Shown here: positions 59,833-64,000 of the stretch, one piece after another
How the letters are laid out: each line of letters begins with the position of its first letter
Position numbering within the stretch: the stretch's first letter is position 1
Assembly: GCA_032249235.1 (NCBI GenBank)
Contig: JAVVGF010000001.1
Location: 160,001-224,000, forward strand
Direction of reading: 5' to 3'
DNA: 64,000 bases
Origin: Thermoproteota archaeon
Lineage (GTDB): Archaea; Thermoproteota; Thermoprotei; Gearchaeales; Gearchaeaceae
Notes under the pieces: generated by a model
Seen by the model: only the letters and a program-made list of their open reading frames with translations
What the model was told of the DNA's origin: nothing
The model's database searches: none
Made by a program: the position numbers and the translations under genes

Positions 59833-60609
59833 CTAATTTAAAAAAGGAATTCTTTTTAGGTAATTTATAATTAATCCTTCCGTCTCTTCAATGTTTATCG
59901 GTTGATCAAACTTGATCTTCCAATCTAATACAAGATTAGAAAATAAATCTTTCTCGATTGTTAAACTTGCTTCGTTTCCCTCATCGATAAAAGAGATAAC
60001 GTTCCTAAGCAATTTTTGCAAAGCAGGGTTGAAATCAAAAATGCTGAGCTTCATTTTAATACAATTCAATTCAATATAACCGTTATTTAAAATACACTCA
60101 TCGAATATTTCATCATATCTGTCGAAAGAAAATAATATTGCTCTTATGTTCATTTCATAGATTTTGTTATCAGCATTTTTTCTTAAAATAACTTTGGCAA
60201 CATCTGAATTGTTCCCGGTGACAGATAAAAACACTTCTTTTTCTCCTACATTACTGACATTTATTTTTAAGTTTTCAATATCCTTAAGTCTTCTATAACT
60301 TTGAAGCGTTATTTCATCAATAACATTAATAAAATAGCTTACTTCTAAATGCTTCTTCAATATTGCTATTGAATTTTTTGATTCTGTTCCTTCAGTTAAA
60401 ATTTTTCCTTCATAAGCTTCGATTTTTTCTCTTATATAACTCCAATCAACATCCTCAAAAAAATCGCAAACAATTACACAATAATAACCTTTTCTATTTT
60501 TCTTGTGGATTATTTTAGAAAGCAATATAGCTTTGGGTTTTTCTTCATAATAGAATGAAAAAGCATTTTCTCTTTTAAGAAACTTTGCGATAACGAAATT
60601 ATAGACCAT
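59833..60609 (-). CDS. Hypothetical cytoplasmic protein
   Basis: 258-aa ORF with ATG start and upstream TATA-like element; no motif recognised. Confidence 0.6.
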   Translation of the reverse strand: MVYNFVIAKFLKRENAFSFYYEEKPKAILLSKIIHKKNRKGYYCVIVCDFFEDVDWSYIREKIEAYEGKILTEGTESKNSIAILKKHLEVSYFINVIDEITLQSYRRLKDIENLKINVSNVGEKEVFLSVTGNNSDVAKVILRKNADNKIYEMNIRAILFSFDRYDEIFDECILNNGYIELNCIKMKLSIFDFNPALQKLLRNVISFIDEGNEASLTIEKDLFSNLVLDWKIKFDQPINIEETEGLIINYLKRIPFLN

Positions 60610-60863
60610 GTATTTTTATAAGCTGACACAAATATAGGAGTAATGCAAATAGAGAAGCTATCGTAGAATAATTTAAGGATCGGTTGATTGAGAGAAAGTC
60701 TTATATATTAAGTGATTTTAAAAGGAGAGTTTATATCATAAATAATGTTAAATTTATTTAAATTAAGGAGATAGAAAAGTTATAAAAGGATACGCTAATG
60801 CTCTAATTTTATTTTTCATAATGTTTAAATATTAGTAAAATATCTTAGAAAATAGGTGAAATT

Positions 60864-62624
60864 ATGGTGGATTTTTTAAGCACACCTGCACCTTATATAG
60901 CATTAGGACTTGTAATATACCTAATAGCATATCTTGTATATTCTAAATATATAGATAAAGGAGTATGGAACACAGATCCTAATAGACCAACTCCTGCAAA
61001 ATTATATACAGACGGTGTTGAATATTTCCCAGTAAGCAAATATGTGCTCTATGGATACCAATTTAAGAGCGTCGCAGCATTAGGACCAATAGTAGGCCCG
61101 ATAGTCGCAGTATCCTTCTATGGCTGGCTACCAGCACTAATATGGTTGATAGTAGGTAACTTTTTCATAGGCTGGGTTCAAGATTATAGCGCAATGATGA
61201 TGTCGGTAAGAAATGATGGAAGATCGATGGGACCTATTACATACAACTTGATGGGTGAAAGAGTTCGAAAAATATTACTTGTGTACATTATGATTTACTT
61301 AATTATAATAACTGCAGTATTTGCTTGGGTTATCGTAGATATAATGAATAGGATCGTAGGAACATTTATACCTATCATATTCATTCTCTTCATGGGTGCA
61401 TTATTTGGACAATTAGTATTTAGAATGAAAATCGATATTCTAATAGCAACTATAATTGCTATAGCAGTAGTCTTTCTAGGAATAGTTCTCGTTGGCGTAT
61501 TTCCTCAAATACAAGTTCCACCTGTTAATTTCCTAGATCCTGGACTTGGCAAAACTACTACTTGGCCAGGTAGTTGGACTGTATTATTCTGGCTTTTCAT
61601 ACTAGCTATAATTTATTACATCGCTGCGATTACACCTATGCCAAGATTCCTTCTACCCACAATATTCGTAGGCTTCTTGCCAGCAATCATTGCTCTTATA
61701 TTGGTTATAATAGCTGCTTTATTTACTCCTTTAACTGGAATTACAATAAGCCAACCTGCTGTTAAGAATTTGTGGATTACTGATCCAAATCAATTCCAAA
61801 CAGGTCCTTTATGGCCAATTTTATTCGTAACAATTGCATGCGGTGCAATATCTGGCTGGCATAGTCTAGTATCAAGCGGCTTAACATCAAAGCAATTAGA
61901 ATTCGAGACTGATGCTAGACCTGTTGGTGGAGGAGCGATGATAACTGAAGGAATTGTAGGCTTATCTTCTGTTGCATCTGTAATAATTCTCGGTACTTTT
62001 GCTGCGACTGCAGTTACATATGCTCAAGGAGCAGGAAAGCTTACTAGTTCACTAACAGGTATTGGTTTATAAGGAATGACTTTATTCTATTCTGTTTTCG
62101 TAGTAGTGATGGGAATGATAACTTCAATGTTGTTTGTAAGAGTATGGAGGAATGTTTCGGCAGAATTATTTGAGAAAAGTATTCTAGGAAATAAGCATGT
62201 AGCTACAATTGTGATGTTGTTAATAATGATATTCCTAGCATTTACAGGAAGCTGGACTAACTTGTGGATATACTTTGGAGGCACTAATCAATTACTTGCA
62301 GGTTTAGCATTGCTCCTTGTTGCTGTATATCTAGCAAGCGTTAAAAGACCGACAATCTATGTTTTCATACCTGGCATCTTCATGGCTATAACAACTGTTG
62401 CAGCATTAATATGGGAAACTTATGTTTATTCCTATTTCTTGATAAATAATAAAGCGTTAGGACCACAAGCTAATGTTGCAAAAGTATTTGGCCAAGGGGT
62501 TGTTCAAGTTTCGAATGGTTTTTCAGCTATTTTAGGTGCCGTTCTTGCTGTATTAGGAGCAATAATGACATACTACTTAATAAGAGGATATATAAAATAC
62601 AGAAAAGAAGCAGTTAAAACATAA
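60864..62624 (+). pseudogene. cstA: Carbon starvation protein CstA-family transporter interrupted by one in-frame TAA (62070-62072)
   Basis: TPA....DGVEY.P, GPIVGP, GWLPALIW, LFVTIACGAISGWHSLVSSG.TSKQL, then after the stop and in the same frame LWIYFGGTNQLLAGLAL. Confidence 0.8.
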
Positions 62625-62675
62625 TATAAATTATATTTTTTTATAGTTTGGAATTTATTTTTTATGTGAGTTATC

Positions 62676-62945
62676 ATGCCAAAGGAGAAAAAAGATAGCC
62701 CTTTTAAAGCGTTGAAGGATACGCTTATGGGATTTATGATACATAGCCAAGTTACTTCCATGCTGAAAATGAAAACATATACGGAATATTTATTCATGAT
62801 AATGACGATGGGAGATATGCTTGGAATGCCATTGTTGCCTCCGTATTACTCATTAAGATTATTGCCTTACATGGTACCAAACATTAAGTCTTGGAAATTA
62901 AGAATGCTAAGAGATAGAGATGTTACAGATATAGTTGTAGGATGA
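62676..62945 (+). CDS. Small CstA/ArsA-associated protein (cory-CC-star-like)
   Basis: EYLFMIMTMGDMLGMPLLPPYYSLRLLPY motif and position between cstA and arsA. Confidence 0.7.
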   Translation: MPKEKKDSPFKALKDTLMGFMIHSQVTSMLKMKTYTEYLFMIMTMGDMLGMPLLPPYYSLRLLPYMVPNIKSWKLRMLRDRDVTDIVVG

Positions 62946-63961
62946 AAATAGGTATAAAATATCTTTTTGAAAAGAAACCTTCAATAAAAGTAGTTATATT
63001 TGCAGGAAAAGGAGGATTAGGTAAAACTACATGCAGTGCAGCTTTATCTTATCAAATCGCATTCAATTTGAAGAAAAAAGTTCTCTGCTTCTCAACCGAT
63101 CCTCAAGCTTCATTAAGTGATATTTTTGAAAGAGATTTGTTTGGTAAAGGAGAAATATCTTTGGCTGAAAATTTATTTGTTCTTGAAATAGATGCTGATA
63201 AAAGGATTAAGGATTACGTTGAAGAAACGAGAAAGAAAATAAAAGAAATGTACAAAATTGATGAAATACCTAAAGAAGTTGAGGATTATATTGAATCTGC
63301 AGCTGCAGAACCTGCGATGTATGAATCAGCAGTATATGATGCTATGCTAGAAGTTGTCACACAAGCTAAATATGATTATTACATATTTGATATGCCTCCT
63401 TTTGGTCATGGAATTAGGATGGTCGCGATGGCTGATCTATTGAGCAAATGGGTTGATAAGATAACAGAAGCTAGGAGACAAGCATTTGAATATGAGGCAG
63501 CGGCTGCAGCAATGAAAAGACAAAAAATTACAGAAAGAGAAGACATGATGTTAAAGGAGCTTGAAGACATAAGAAATAGAATTGTCAGTTTTAGAAATTT
63601 AGTTATTGATCCAAATGGGACAGCTTTCATTATGGTATTGATTCCAGAGAAAATGGCTATTCTTGATACAGAAAGAGCAATAAAAATGTTTGAGAATCTT
63701 GATCTGCGTGTTGGAGGTATAGTAGTTAATCAAGTCTATCCTCCTTGGATCATGGATGACCCTAAAGCTTCTGAATACTTGAAAAGAAAAGTAGCTTCCC
63801 AAAAGCCCTTGTTAAAAGAAATTGCTGACAAATTTGGAGATATGATAGTTGGCTTAATTCCAATGTATAATAAAGAACCAAAAGGTTTAGAAATGTTGAG
63901 CAAAGTAGCACAAGAACTTTGGGAATCAAGTTTTACGATTGAAAATCTAATAGGAAAATGA
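62942..63961 (+). CDS. ArsA/GET3(TRC40)-family ATPase
   Basis: GKGGLGKTT, STDPQASLSD, EIDAD, FDMPPFGH, PEKMAILDTER, VVNQV. Confidence 0.92.
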   Translation: MKIGIKYLFEKKPSIKVVIFAGKGGLGKTTCSAALSYQIAFNLKKKVLCFSTDPQASLSDIFERDLFGKGEISLAENLFVLEIDADKRIKDYVEETRKKIKEMYKIDEIPKEVEDYIESAAAEPAMYESAVYDAMLEVVTQAKYDYYIFDMPPFGHGIRMVAMADLLSKWVDKITEARRQAFEYEAAAAAMKRQKITEREDMMLKELEDIRNRIVSFRNLVIDPNGTAFIMVLIPEKMAILDTERAIKMFENLDLRVGGIVVNQVYPPWIMDDPKASEYLKRKVASQKPLLKEIADKFGDMIVGLIPMYNKEPKGLEMLSKVAQELWESSFTIENLIGK

Positions 63962-64000
63962 GCATAGAAGAGAAGCTAAAATCTAAGTATATATTTGTTG
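63958..64000 (+). CDS. Start of a probable second ArsA/GET3-family ATPase (truncated by window end)
   Basis: ATGA overlap; MSIEEKLKSKYIFV(G..) fits the strand preceding GGKGG; only 14 codons visible. Confidence 0.5.
   Translation, partial: MSIEEKLKSKYIFV

Noticed and set aside
60610-60863. Long AT-rich gap as replication origin or ncRNA
   Set aside because: No ORB-like repeats or adjacent cdc6; consistent with a divergent promoter region.
62070-62072. Selenocysteine/pyrrolysine recoding or alternative genetic code
   Set aside because: The codon is TAA, which terminates many genes in this window; no SECIS-like element was noticed.
62942-63961. Arsenic resistance operon
   Set aside because: No arsB/acr3/arsR/arsC/arsD nearby and no evident metalloid-binding cysteines.

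Overview
Gene-dense, strongly AT-rich archaeal chromosomal window (TATA-like promoters with mostly leaderless starts, Taw3, Lhr, archaeal CitG, geranylgeranyl reductases, a GDGT-ring-synthase-like radical SAM; most consistent with a thermophilic TACK/Thermoproteota archaeon, not assignable further by eye). 1-20 kb is housekeeping: Lhr, a three-gene split glutamate-synthase-like cluster, split class II ribonucleotide reductase, DRG GTPase, Prx/Trx, Taw3, FumC. 20-36 kb holds surface glycoproteins, a decayed IS200/IS605 relic, an MMPL/RND transporter and an ATPase-less peptide ABC cassette. The most interesting part is 36-60 kb, a putative lipid modification and trafficking island: a LolA-like membrane-anchored protein, three geranylgeranyl-reductase paralogs, two tiny paralogous ORFs (one absent from the ORF track), three giant N-anchored proteins built of 8-9 tandem LEA_2/WHy-like repeats, a small-membrane-protein operon and a Grs-like radical SAM. 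The window ends with cstA (interrupted by one in-frame TAA), a small partner gene and tandem ArsA/GET3 ATPases. No rRNA, tRNA or CRISPR array was seen. All family calls come from motif recognition by eye; no database search was run.
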